Below the pieces are notes generated by a model, which saw only the letters and a program-made list of their open reading frames with translations, did no database searches and had not been told where the DNA came from. A stretch of 64,000 nt of DNA from NCBI GenBank assembly GCA_009783315.1, contig WRHI01000003.1, positions 1,417 through 65,416 on the forward strand, in the 5' to 3' direction. Made by a program: the position numbers and the translations under genes. This document shows positions 18,100 to 28,400 of the stretch, piece after piece. Source of the DNA: Peptococcaceae bacterium. Its GTDB lineage: Bacteria > Bacillota > Desulfitobacteriia > Desulfitobacteriales > Syntrophobotulaceae. The stretch's first letter is position 1. Each line of letters opens with the position of its first letter.

Positions 18100-19053
18100 A
18101 TGTCTCAGGAACTCAAGGTTTTCAGCGGCAACGCTAACCCGGCGTTGGCTCAGGAAATTGCCGATTATTTAGGCGTCAAGCTGGGTGTGGCGAGTGTGAA
18201 GCGTTTTGGTGATGGGGAGACGAGCATTGAAATCGCGGAAAGCGTCAGGGGGTCCGATGTTTTTGTAATCCAGCCCACATGTTCTCCGACCAATGATAAT
18301 GTTATGGAACTGCTGATCATGATCGACGCTCTGAGCCGGGCGTCAGCCAGCCGCATCACGGCCGTGGCGCCGTATTACGGATATGCGCGTCAGGAGAGGA
18401 AGGTGCGCGCCCGGGAGCCTATTACCGCCAAACTTATTGCCAACCTTATTACCATCGCCGGCGCTGACCGTGTGGTGACGATGGATTTGCACGCCCCGGC
18501 CATTCAGGGTTTTTTTGATATTCCGTTGGATCATCTTCCGGCGGCGCCGATTCTGGCGGAATATTTCATGAAGAAGAAGTTGGAAAACATTTGCGTGGTT
18601 TCTCCCGATATCGGCGGAGTGGGCCGGGCCCGGAATTTCGCCGAGCTCATCGGCGCCAGCTTGGCTATAGTGGATAAACGGCGTCCGGAACCGAATGTTT
18701 CAGAAGTCATGCATGTGATCGGAGATATGGAAAACAAAAATGTCATCATGATTGACGACATCATTGATACAGGCGGGACGATTGTGCAGGCCGCCGCGAA
18801 ACTGAAAGAAAAGGGAGCTGTCAGAGTTTTTGCCTGTTGTACCCATGCTGTTTTTTCGGATAACGCCGTTAATAATCTGAACAATTCTGTCATTGAGGAG
18901 ATTGTGGTGACCAACACCATTCCGGTGCCGCAAAAAGCTATTGACGCGAAGATTCATGTGCTTTCCGTAGCGCCGTTTCTGGGTGAGGCGATTCTCCATG
19001 TTAATGAGAACCGGTCTATCAGTAAGCTTTTTGCGAAACAAAAGAGAGGATAA
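18100..19053 (+). CDS. prs: ribose-phosphate pyrophosphokinase
   Basis: 317 aa. Contains ITAVAPYYGYARQERK and the PRPP loop VIMIDDIIDTGGT. Confidence 0.95.
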   Translation: MSQELKVFSGNANPALAQEIADYLGVKLGVASVKRFGDGETSIEIAESVRGSDVFVIQPTCSPTNDNVMELLIMIDALSRASASRITAVAPYYGYARQERKVRAREPITAKLIANLITIAGADRVVTMDLHAPAIQGFFDIPLDHLPAAPILAEYFMKKKLENICVVSPDIGGVGRARNFAELIGASLAIVDKRRPEPNVSEVMHVIGDMENKNVIMIDDIIDTGGTIVQAAAKLKEKGAVRVFACCTHAVFSDNAVNNLNNSVIEEIVVTNTIPVPQKAIDAKIHVLSVAPFLGEAILHVNENRSISKLFAKQKRG

Positions 19054-19095
19054 CATTGTCAATTGACAATTGACAATGGACAATGGACAATGGGG
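19054..19095. repeat. heptamer array, palindromic arrangement (ATTGTCA / TGACAAT / GGACAAT)
   Basis: Reads cattgtcaattgacaattgacaatggacaatggacaatgggg. It lies between the convergent 3' ends of prs and the PRC-barrel gene. Confidence 0.9.
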
Positions 19096-19111
19096 AGTAT
19101 GCCGAAAGTGA

Positions 19112-19771
19112 TTATTCTTTCGTGTCTTGGGGATCTTCGCTGGGAGAATCTGTACCTGGAGAGTTTGTGCTTTTCTTCTTGGGCAAATGGCTGACCAGGC
19201 GGGTTTTGAGCTTGGAAGCTTTGCCAGAAGTGGTTTGCCACAACTCTCTTGCGTTTTCGTTAAGACCTTTGTTGGCGACAAGCTTTTCCAGGTTTTCGTG
19301 ACGGATGACCACGGCGTCTTTGCCAAAGGTCATGATGTTTTCGACCCTGAGGCGGAAACGGCCAGAAAAGAACCCTTCTATGCGACCGCCGGAAACTTCC
19401 AATTCCATGATGTTGCCTGTTTCGGTATCGACATAGAATTCTTCGACCAGCCCCAAGGTCTTGCCCGCATCGGTGACCACGCGCAGCCCGACAACCAGAG
19501 TGCGTTCTTTGATCAAGCTCATAATGTTCGGCAGATTCGCGGCTTTCTCCGCCTGATTGCCGCTGGTTACAGTGATAGCGTCTTCGCCAATGCTGGAAAC
19601 CCGGTTGAAAGGAATGATGCGCTGGTCCTGAAAAAATCCCTTGGGATCAACCATCAGCGCGGCTATGGATTTGGTGTTGGGGTTGATGACAAGAGAACGG
19701 ACATGTCCGACCCGCTGGCCTTCCTGAAGTGAGAAAATGGGCAAGGATAAAATTTTACGGCTGGCAAACAT
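19112..19771 (-). CDS. PRC-barrel domain protein (two PRC barrels)
   Basis: Two repeats of the ...G..VG.V..LVI......I.AL.V pattern. ATG 19771 follows a GAGGAGG RBS; the track ORF extends further upstream without an RBS. Confidence 0.7.
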   Translation of the reverse strand: MFASRKILSLPIFSLQEGQRVGHVRSLVINPNTKSIAALMVDPKGFFQDQRIIPFNRVSSIGEDAITVTSGNQAEKAANLPNIMSLIKERTLVVGLRVVTDAGKTLGLVEEFYVDTETGNIMELEVSGGRIEGFFSGRFRLRVENIMTFGKDAVVIRHENLEKLVANKGLNENARELWQTTSGKASKLKTRLVSHLPKKKSTNSPGTDSPSEDPQDTKE

Positions 19772-19949
19772 TTTCGCGCCTCCTCGGGATAGTGTAATTG
19801 GGAGTTCATATTGTGAATCTATTCCGTAATCGGTAAAAATATGCAATACCTGATGAGCGCTGCAATGATTACGGGGTGAAATTCTCATTGAGTTAGGAAC
19901 AGCGAACCACGAACATCGAACATCGAACCAGCGAATAGGGGGGGGTTTG

Positions 19950-20504
19950 GTGAAAGCAATTATTGGGTTGGGGAATCCTGGTCTTGATTACGCGGAAACC
20001 CGTCATAACGTTGGGTTCCTTTTGCTTGATCAATGGGGCAAGACGCGGGGATTGAGCTATAAGGGGCGTTTTCGCGGTAAGTTTGCTGAGGATAGATTTG
20101 ACAACGAAAAAGTCTTTCTGCTTAAGCCCCAGACGTATATGAACCTGAGTGGCATGGCTGTGGCTGAGTTGGTTGGGTTTTACCAGTTGGACCCGGAAGA
20201 TCTGCTGGTGGTGCATGATGATATTGATTTGCCCCTGGGGAAGTTGCGTTTGCGGGCTCAAGGAGGCGCGGGGGGACATAATGGGCTTAAGTCCATTCAG
20301 ACCCATTTGGGATCAACAGAGTATTGGCGGCTGAAAATCGGGGTAGGGCGTCCCACGGATGACGATGTGGCGGGGCATGTGTTAAGTCCCTTTGGAAAGG
20401 CGGAGAAGCAAGAGATCGAGGAGGCAGTGATTGTCGGGCTCCAGGTGCTGGATCTATGGCTGCGGGGAGAAGCGGAGCGAGCGATGAATTTATTTAATGG
20501 ATAA
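19950..20504 (+). CDS. pth: peptidyl-tRNA hydrolase
   Basis: Contains KAIIGLGNPG..Y..TRHNVGF, the HDDIDLPLGKLRL motif and GGHNGLKS. Confidence 0.95.
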   Translation: MKAIIGLGNPGLDYAETRHNVGFLLLDQWGKTRGLSYKGRFRGKFAEDRFDNEKVFLLKPQTYMNLSGMAVAELVGFYQLDPEDLLVVHDDIDLPLGKLRLRAQGGAGGHNGLKSIQTHLGSTEYWRLKIGVGRPTDDDVAGHVLSPFGKAEKQEIEEAVIVGLQVLDLWLRGEAERAMNLFNG

Positions 20505-20515
20505 GGAGCAAGCAA

Positions 20516-22696
20516 ATGGACATTGAGGCTATGGGTGTCGTTTGGCCTGAGTGGGAAGTGGTTCAGCAGATCGGCGAAGGGACTTACGGAAAAGTCTATA
20601 AGGTTGTGCGCGAGGAGTACGGACTTACTTCTTATGCCGCTGTCAAGGCCATTTCGATTCCTCAGAACGACGCCGAGATTAACGTTTTGTTCTCTGAAGG
20701 CCTGGAAGAGGCCTCTGTGCGCTCTTATTTTGCCAGCATCGTCAACGATTTTGTCAACGAAATCAAGTTCATGGTTTCGATGAAAGGCGCGGCTAATATC
20801 GTCAGTGTTGATGATTACAAAGTTGTGGAAAAGACCGGAAAAATAGGCTGGGGGATTTTTATTCGCATGGAACTCCTAACGAGCCTTGTTGACTACACCG
20901 CCAAGAGGAAAATGACAGAGACGGAGGTTACCAAGCTGGGACAAGATGTCTGTGCCGCGTTGGCACTCTGTTCCCGGCGCAAAATCATCCATCGCGATAT
21001 TAAACCGGAGAATATTTTTGTTTCGCCTTTTGGTGATTTTAAGGTGGGGGATTTTGGCATTGCCCGCGAATTGGAAAAGACCAGCAGCGCTATGTCCGCT
21101 AAAGGGACATACAACTATATGGCGCCGGAAATTATGTCGTCCCAATACGACGCTACAGTGGACTTCTATTCGCTGGGACTCGTGCTGTATAAGCTGCTTA
21201 ACAACAACAGACTGCCTTTTATTGACGCCCACGCTCAGCGCATTCTCTATTGTGACCGACAGAACGCTATTGAGCGCAGATTCAATGGCGAACCTCTTCC
21301 CGCGCCTGTGGAAGCAAGCCCTCAGATGGCGCAGTTGATTCTGCAAGCGTGCGCCTTTGATCCGGTCACGCGTTTTCAGACGGCCGCTGCGTTTAAAAAT
21401 GCTCTTGAGGTGGTGAAGGGTGGTTTGCCGGAGGCGGATGAGCAGACGAAAGAACAAACAGAGGCCCTGGTTCTGGCCGAACCGGCTGCCGTTATGCTGG
21501 TGGAGGAGGTCGTGCCTGATATCGATTCTACCATTGCCGGACGCAGACCCCAAGGGGTTCAAGGCGTTCAGGGGGCTCGGGGCGTAAACGCAGACTTCCC
21601 CGCCTATCCGAATCAAGGTTATAATGGCTCAATCGGAACATTGGGAAAAAGCAAGCAAGCGTTCAGCAGAGAAACGGTTATCGTTATGGCTGTTATTGTC
21701 GCCTTGATTGCCCTGGCCGGTGTCGGCGTCATCTTTCTGTTGAATGTGATGCAAAACGCCAAAGACGCCAATAATGACTTCGGCAGAGGCTTGGATTTCG
21801 GCGATGAGTTCAAGGGAGAGGACCAAAACTTCTCTGACAAAACGGATGTCTATGTACCGAACACTGTTGGCAACACGTCCGGCAATATTGTTTGCGGGGG
21901 CCGCGTCGCGGCTCAAGGTGACCAAGTGTATTATTTCAATCAAGATGACAGCAAGTATGGTTTGTGGACGATGGGATCTAACGGCGACAACAAGAAAAGA
22001 TTGATTGATGAATCAGCGTTCTACATCAATGTGGTTGGGGACTGGATTTATTATTTTGGCGTTGACTCGATCAATTCTATCAAAACCGATGGGAGCCATA
22101 TCTATAAAGTCGTTGACGCATATGTGTCGAATTTGATTGTGGTTGACGACTGGATTTATTTCAGCGTATCGTCTGATGGTATTTATTCTTTACGACCCGA
22201 CGGCACCGGCATGGTGAAGCTTTATGAATATAGCTTGTTTGATTATGGTGAGCGCGAAATCAACATTGACAACGGACGAATCTATTTCGACGCTATGAGC
22301 GGCGTGCATTCCATGAAAACTGACGGCAGCGATCTGATAAAACTCAGTGATGATCCTGTCTCATGTCTAACTGTTTCGGACGGCAGGATCTATTATTTAA
22401 ATCTTGACGATGCGCAAAAAATCTACTCAATGAAAATCGATGGCAGCGACCGCAAAAAAGTCTGTGACGAACTCCCGTATCAGATCAATGTAGCGGACGG
22501 CAAGATCTATTACATCAATCGTTACGGCGGCAACATTTGCGTTATCAATGTTGACGGCAGCGGCTGGAAAGAACTCAACAATGAGGATTCCTTTAGCGTT
22601 AATATCATCGGCGACAGGATCTATTACTATAAATCTGAAGACCTCAGCCTTCACTCCATGAAAACAGACGGCAGTGACAAGATAAAGGAGTCGTGA
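20516..22696 (+). CDS. Hanks-type Ser/Thr protein kinase, one TM helix, extracellular DUF5050-like repeat (beta-propeller-like) domain
   Basis: Kinase motifs GEGTYGKVYK, HRDIKPENIF, DFGIAR and APE. The TM segment is VIVMAVIVALIALAGVGVIFLL. The C-terminus carries about 7 repeats of the GDWIYY...DG type. Confidence 0.9.
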   Translation: MDIEAMGVVWPEWEVVQQIGEGTYGKVYKVVREEYGLTSYAAVKAISIPQNDAEINVLFSEGLEEASVRSYFASIVNDFVNEIKFMVSMKGAANIVSVDDYKVVEKTGKIGWGIFIRMELLTSLVDYTAKRKMTETEVTKLGQDVCAALALCSRRKIIHRDIKPENIFVSPFGDFKVGDFGIARELEKTSSAMSAKGTYNYMAPEIMSSQYDATVDFYSLGLVLYKLLNNNRLPFIDAHAQRILYCDRQNAIERRFNGEPLPAPVEASPQMAQLILQACAFDPVTRFQTAAAFKNALEVVKGGLPEADEQTKEQTEALVLAEPAAVMLVEEVVPDIDSTIAGRRPQGVQGVQGARGVNADFPAYPNQGYNGSIGTLGKSKQAFSRETVIVMAVIVALIALAGVGVIFLLNVMQNAKDANNDFGRGLDFGDEFKGEDQNFSDKTDVYVPNTVGNTSGNIVCGGRVAAQGDQVYYFNQDDSKYGLWTMGSNGDNKKRLIDESAFYINVVGDWIYYFGVDSINSIKTDGSHIYKVVDAYVSNLIVVDDWIYFSVSSDGIYSLRPDGTGMVKLYEYSLFDYGEREINIDNGRIYFDAMSGVHSMKTDGSDLIKLSDDPVSCLTVSDGRIYYLNLDDAQKIYSMKIDGSDRKKVCDELPYQINVADGKIYYINRYGGNICVINVDGSGWKELNNEDSFSVNIIGDRIYYYKSEDLSLHSMKTDGSDKIKES

Positions 22697-22702
22697 AATT
22701 CA

Positions 22703-25030
22703 GTGAGCAAGGACAACATCAATCGAACAACGTTATACCAAAAACCCGCGGCTAAAATCATTATTGACGTTGCGCATTTGATGATTTTCGACGGCACTGC
22801 CCAGCCCATCGAAATGGATTTGGCGGATTTCTCCAAAAGTGTTATGACCTTTGGCCGGGGAGAGGGAAATGATATACAACTGCGCTCGGGCTATGTATCT
22901 CGTTCCCATGGTCAAATCCGCCTGATTAACGGCAAATGGGTCATTGAGGATCTGGGCAGCCGCAACGGGTTGGTTTTCAATGGACAAAACATTATGAGCC
23001 GTGTTCTGGAAGACGGCGATTCTATTCGCATTGACGATGGCGCAGAGACCACCGTTGACGGCGTCCTGCTGGTGTTTTCCCAAAGCGGCCATGACGCCGC
23101 GTGGAAAACCGTTGACATAACCAACCATGGAGAAACCACGATTGGGCGGGATCCCGCCTGCTCGATCGTCCTTGATCACGTGAGTGTTTCGAAAATTCAC
23201 GCCAAAATCATCAAAAGAGGCGACGTATACATCATTGTGGATTTCCACAGCACCAACGGTCTCATGATTAATGGCAAAAGAATTGTGCACCCGTACCAGC
23301 TCCGCGAGAAAGACTTAATTCTTATTACGAACTCGAAGCTCATTTTCAACAACGGCCAGATCTCCTACCATTGTTTTAAGAAAGGTATCCGGGTGGATGC
23401 TTTCAAAGTCTCCCAAAGGGTTGGCAAGAACCGCAAAACCATCTGCAGCAACGTGACGCTGAACATCAAGCCTTGCGAACTGGTGGCTATCATCGGCGGT
23501 TCCGGCGCGGGTAAATCCACTTTGATGAACTGTATCAGCGGCTACAGTTTGCCCACAGAGGGCAGAGTTGCTATCAACGGTATGGATCTCTATGGGAATT
23601 TCAGCGCTTTGAAAAACATCATTGGTTATGTACCGCAGCAGGACATTGTGTTCGATAATCTGACGGTGAAAAACATGCTGTATTACGCGGCAAAATTGCG
23701 GTTGCCTAAGGATGTTATTGAAAGCGAACGGCAGCAGATTATCGCCCGTGTTCTTGATAATGTTGAATTGACTGCTCATAAAGACAAATTAATCAAAAAT
23801 CTTAGCGGCGGACAGAAAAAACGCGCCAGCATTGCTGTAGAGCTGTTGGCCGATCCGACACTTTTCTTTTTGGATGAACCAACCTCCGGTCTTGACCCCG
23901 GTACAGAGCGCAATTTGATTAAAACCCTCAAAACCATGGCGGAAAGCGGCAAAACTGTGGTTTTTGTCACCCACAGCACTTTGAATTTGCGGATGTGCGA
24001 TAAAATCGTGTTCATGGGCACGGGCGGTCACCTTTGCTTTTGTGGAACCTATGAGGAAGCGCTGGAATTTTTTGCTATCGACGATGTTGTCGACGTCTAT
24101 AATCTGATTGCGGACAATCCGCAGGTTTATTCGAGCCAATATCTTTTCGCCCGGCAACTTAGTGAAAACGACAGAGGGCTGGCAACAGCAGAAATTCCCA
24201 AACAATCGAAAAGGCATGGACGACTCAAGCAAGTGGCCGTGCTGAGCAGACGACACATGCATATCATGTTAAATGACCGCGTTCGTTTAATCTTGCTGCT
24301 TGTTCAAGCCCCTGTGTTGGCGTTGTTGATTGCCCTTGTGGCCAATGACAAGCAATTTACCCAGTATGAAATGACGAAAAGCCTTTTGTTCGCTATGGCC
24401 TGTTCCGCCTTTTGGATTGGGATCCTCAATTCCATTCAGGAAATCTGCAAAGAGCGGATTATTCTGAAACGGGAATACATGACCGGTCTGAGACTTGATT
24501 CCTATCTCTTCTCCAAGACTCTAGTCATGGGGCTGATTTGTCTGGTACAGGCTTTTCTGCTGACGACGGTGTTTGTTGTCACTGTTGGTAAGCCGGATGA
24601 AGGGGTTCTTTTCGGGGCCTATCCCGAACTGCTGCTGACCACATTTTTAACGGCGCTGGCGGCCTCCTCAATGGGTCTTTTCGTGTCAAGCCTGTTCAAA
24701 AACGCCGACAGAGCCATGACGGCGGCGCCCCTGCTCCTGATGCCGCAACTGCTGTTTTCCGGAATGATATTTGTTCTGGATGGCCCTTCTAAGATGATTT
24801 CATGGCTTGCTGTTTGTCGGTTTTCCATGGAAGCCTATGGCACGACAGCCAACTTGAACAGCCTGTCAACGGGACTCCAACTTCTAGGGTTTATGCAATT
24901 TGGTCACTCGGCGGAGGATTTCTACACATTTTCAACAGCGCATTTTGCTTTCGCTTTGGGTCTGCTGTGCGCGTTTGTTGTGGCTTTTTTGGCGGTGGCG
25001 GGCCTTGTGCTTCGCGGCATCAAGAAATAG
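22703..25030 (+). CDS. ABC transporter with two N-terminal FHA domains, an ATPase and an ABC-2/ABCG-type permease fused in one protein
   Basis: Two FHA cores (FGRGEGNDIQL..VSRSHG...GSRNG; IGRD..CSIVL..VSKIHA...STNG). Walker A GGSGAGKST, signature LSGGQKKR, Walker B FFLDEPTSGLD, and 6 C-terminal TM helices. It starts 7 nt after the kinase stop. Confidence 0.9.
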   Translation: MSKDNINRTTLYQKPAAKIIIDVAHLMIFDGTAQPIEMDLADFSKSVMTFGRGEGNDIQLRSGYVSRSHGQIRLINGKWVIEDLGSRNGLVFNGQNIMSRVLEDGDSIRIDDGAETTVDGVLLVFSQSGHDAAWKTVDITNHGETTIGRDPACSIVLDHVSVSKIHAKIIKRGDVYIIVDFHSTNGLMINGKRIVHPYQLREKDLILITNSKLIFNNGQISYHCFKKGIRVDAFKVSQRVGKNRKTICSNVTLNIKPCELVAIIGGSGAGKSTLMNCISGYSLPTEGRVAINGMDLYGNFSALKNIIGYVPQQDIVFDNLTVKNMLYYAAKLRLPKDVIESERQQIIARVLDNVELTAHKDKLIKNLSGGQKKRASIAVELLADPTLFFLDEPTSGLDPGTERNLIKTLKTMAESGKTVVFVTHSTLNLRMCDKIVFMGTGGHLCFCGTYEEALEFFAIDDVVDVYNLIADNPQVYSSQYLFARQLSENDRGLATAEIPKQSKRHGRLKQVAVLSRRHMHIMLNDRVRLILLLVQAPVLALLIALVANDKQFTQYEMTKSLLFAMACSAFWIGILNSIQEICKERIILKREYMTGLRLDSYLFSKTLVMGLICLVQAFLLTTVFVVTVGKPDEGVLFGAYPELLLTTFLTALAASSMGLFVSSLFKNADRAMTAAPLLLMPQLLFSGMIFVLDGPSKMISWLAVCRFSMEAYGTTANLNSLSTGLQLLGFMQFGHSAEDFYTFSTAHFAFALGLLCAFVVAFLAVAGLVLRGIKK

Positions 25031-25200
25031 CGGCCATGGGTCGGAGTGCGAGGGCGCACTCTGTTATCAGCAGACTTGTTTTCTCCGAAATGGATCAGGA
25101 AAAAGATTGCGATCCATCTGATCCTGTGTCATAATATGGAAGACCCAAACAATAAGTCTGCAACAGCGGTATAAGCTCTTGGTTAATCGGATAATCTATT

Positions 25201-25228
25201 AGCAATTGACAATTAATAATTGACAAGC
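25201..25228. repeat. degenerate heptamer array (CAATTGA-type)
   Basis: Reads agcaattgacaattaataattgacaagc, upstream of fin. Confidence 0.6.
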
Positions 25229-25316
25229 AGCAGTACAATTGGACGACGATTTCATGCTGATAGATATCATGCCGGTATTCGGCAATAGAGAATTCCTTCC
25301 CAAAGGAGCGAAACTT

Positions 25317-25487
25317 ATGTACATGCTGAAAGTGTGCCATTGTTGCGACGCCATTATTGGCGAACTGGACGAACACGCTTTATCCAACGCCAAAGACGTA
25401 GAGATCCGGGGGAACGTAGCCTACAGTTTGTGCAGCAGATGCATGGGAGATTTATCGAGGGAACATAATCACAACTATTTTCAATAG
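25317..25487 (+). CDS. fin: anti-sigma-F factor Fin (YabK) family protein
   Basis: 56 aa starting at ATG 25317, 7 nt after an AAGGAG RBS. Has CHCC...CSRC zinc-ribbon cysteines and a C-terminal HNHNYFQ, similar to B. subtilis Fin. Its position between pth and mfd is conserved. Confidence 0.7.
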   Translation: MYMLKVCHCCDAIIGELDEHALSNAKDVEIRGNVAYSLCSRCMGDLSREHNHNYFQ

Positions 25488-25494
25488 GAACACT

Positions 25495-28400
25495 ATGGGC
25501 ATACTTAATGATTATTTGGACAATGGTCTTGGACTGGCTCAAGCCGAAGCAGCTTTGACAAAAGGTCTGAACCCGCAAAGCGTTTATCAGATATCCGGGA
25601 GTCAAAAAACAGCTTGGACGGCTCGCTGGCTGCACAGCCATCCCGGGTTCATCGTCACCTACGGTGAGGAACAGGCAAGAAAATGGTTGGAAGACCTGCA
25701 GTCCTGGCTGCCGGAACGGCCAGTTTATTTGTTTCAACCCAACGAATGGATGGATCTCGACATCGTTAGCCACACCAGGCCCAACGCCGAAGGACGCTGC
25801 CGGGTTCTCGACGTGCTGACCCAATATCTGGAGCAATCTTTGATGTCGCCTGAACCGTTGTCTCAGGCAGAACAGACTTCGCAGCCAGAAAGACCACAGC
25901 CAGACGCCGCGCAAATAAACAATTGTCAATTGTCAACTGTCAATTGTCAATTGCCACTGGTTGTCTTGCCCGTGCAAGCTCTCGTCCAAAAACTTGTCTC
26001 CCCTCAACGACGGCAAGCAAGCTGTCTGGTGCTGCAAACCGGTCAAACATACCCGCCAGACACTTTGATCCGCGAACTGGTGCGCATGGGCTACCGGCGG
26101 GAAAAAATGGCGGAAGAACCGGGTTCCTTCGCGGTTCGGGGCGGCATTTGTGATATTGTTCCGTTGGCGGCGCCGCCGACGCGTTTGGAATTTTTTGATG
26201 ATGAGATCGACTCTATCCGCACTTTCGATCTGGAAACGCAAAAGTCATTGGTTAACCTCAGCGCGGTGACTGTGTCGCCAGTGGCGGAGATTATCCTGAG
26301 CCGGGGAGAGATTGAGACCATCCGCTGGACGGCGCGGGTTCAGGCGCAAAAAACCCGTGGGCGTCTGGAGAATATGGGGAGTGAAGAAGCCTGCCGAAGA
26401 TTGGACAACCGGGTGAAGCGTCTGGAAGAACGCTTGGACGGGGGCGTTATTGACGAAAGCGTCTACCCCTATTTGATGCTGCTGAACGAGCCCTTTGTGA
26501 CGTTGCTGGATTATTTGCCGGCGCAAGCCCGAGTCGTTTTTGACGAACCCCACAAAATGAAAGATCAGGTCGTTTTTTTGCATAAACAGCGGCAACGGGA
26601 TTTTATGGCTGACCTTGAGCGAGGCGAAGCCTTTGTGGATGGGGAGGCGATGTATTGCCGCTTCGAGGAGGCTGTTGAAGCCGCAAAAAGGTTTGCTCTA
26701 AACGGTCTGTCTTCTCTGGAACATAGCATCCTTGCCCTGACGCCGCGCTATCATTTGCCTGTGCCGGTCAAGGGTCTCGCTCCCTATCTGAAAACGACGC
26801 AATTCCTGGACGATTTGGAGCGTTGGCTTCAACAGGGTTACAGCGTGCTTTTGTGCGCGGGTTCAGAGGAATACGCGGAACGGCTGTTGCAGGCACTGCG
26901 GGAAAGGGGGACGTCTGCTGACACGTTGCCTCCTGAACGCGCATTGACGCCGGGGCGGGTTTTTGTCGCGCCTTTTTCTCTGGAGAACGGGTTTGCGCTG
27001 CCTGAGAGCAAGCTGGTTGTGTTCAGCGAACTAGAGATTTACCAACGGGACCGCAAAGAAAGACGTACCGCCGCTAGACGGGTGCAAGCCCTGGCGGCGC
27101 GGTCGGAAAAAGGGTTTGAGTCCGATAAGAACATGCCTCTGGGCAACCTCCAGCCCGGTGATTATCTTGTCCACGCCCATCATGGGGTCGGCAAGTTTAT
27201 CGGATTGGAAAAAATCGAGTTTGAAGGGGTGGCCAGAGAATATTTCAGCCTTCAATACGCGGGGGAAGACCGGCTTTATGTACCGGTCTATCAAGTGGAA
27301 CTTCTGCAAAGATACCTGGGAGCCGAGGCCGAGGCCCGTCCCCGTTTGAACAAAATGGGGGGAAGCGATTGGCAGAAAGCGAAGAGCCGGGCCAAGTCAG
27401 CCATACGCGAACTCGCCATCGATTTGCTGGCCCTTTATGCTGAACGAGAAAAAATCAAAGGGTTCGCGTTCCCTCCTGATGACACTTGGCAGCAAGAATT
27501 TGAGGATCAGTTCGAATATGATGAAACGCCGGATCAACGCCGCTGCATCCAGGAAATCAAGAAGGATATGATGAAAAACCAGCCGATGGATCGTTTGCTA
27601 TGTGGCGATGTGGGTTACGGCAAGACCGAAGTGGCCATGCGGGCTGTGTTTAAAGCTGTAGCCAGTGGCAAGCAAGTGGCCGTGCTGGTGCCGACGACAA
27701 TCTTAGCTCAACAGCATTTTACGACTTTTCAGGAAAGGTTCAAAAACTATCCTGTCACAGTGGATATGCTGTGCCGCCTGCGTTCCGTCAAAGAACAAAA
27801 TGCCGCTATTCGGGGGTTGCGCGGCGGGACTGTGGATGTGGTGGTGGGTACCCACCGCCTGATTTCCGAAAGCGTCAAATACAAAGATCTGGGCCTTCTT
27901 GTCGTTGATGAAGAACAGCGATTCGGTGTTGAGCAAAAGGAAAAAATCAAATCGCTAAGAAAGAACGTCGACGTCCTAACCTTGTCGGCGACGCCGATTC
28001 CACGTACGCTTCATATGTCCCTTGTGGGGCTCCGGGATATGAGCATTATCAGCACGCCGCCGGAGCACCGTTACCCGGTTCAGACTTACATCGCCGAATA
28101 CTCCCCCGAGCTGATTCGCGGAGCGATACAGCGCGAAATGCAGCGAAACGGCCAGGTTTATTATGTCTACAACCGCATTGAAGGCCTGGAAAAAATCACA
28201 GCCTATCTCAGCAGACTTGTGCCGGAAGCGCGCTTATGCATGGTTCACGGCCGTATGCCCGAGGTCCAGCTGGAAAAAGAGATGCTGTCTTTCATCAACA
28301 AAGAAAAAGACGTTCTGGTTTGTACAACAATCATCGAAACAGGTCTGGATATAGCCAATGTGAATACACTGATTGTGGACGAAGCCGATTGTTTCGGTTT

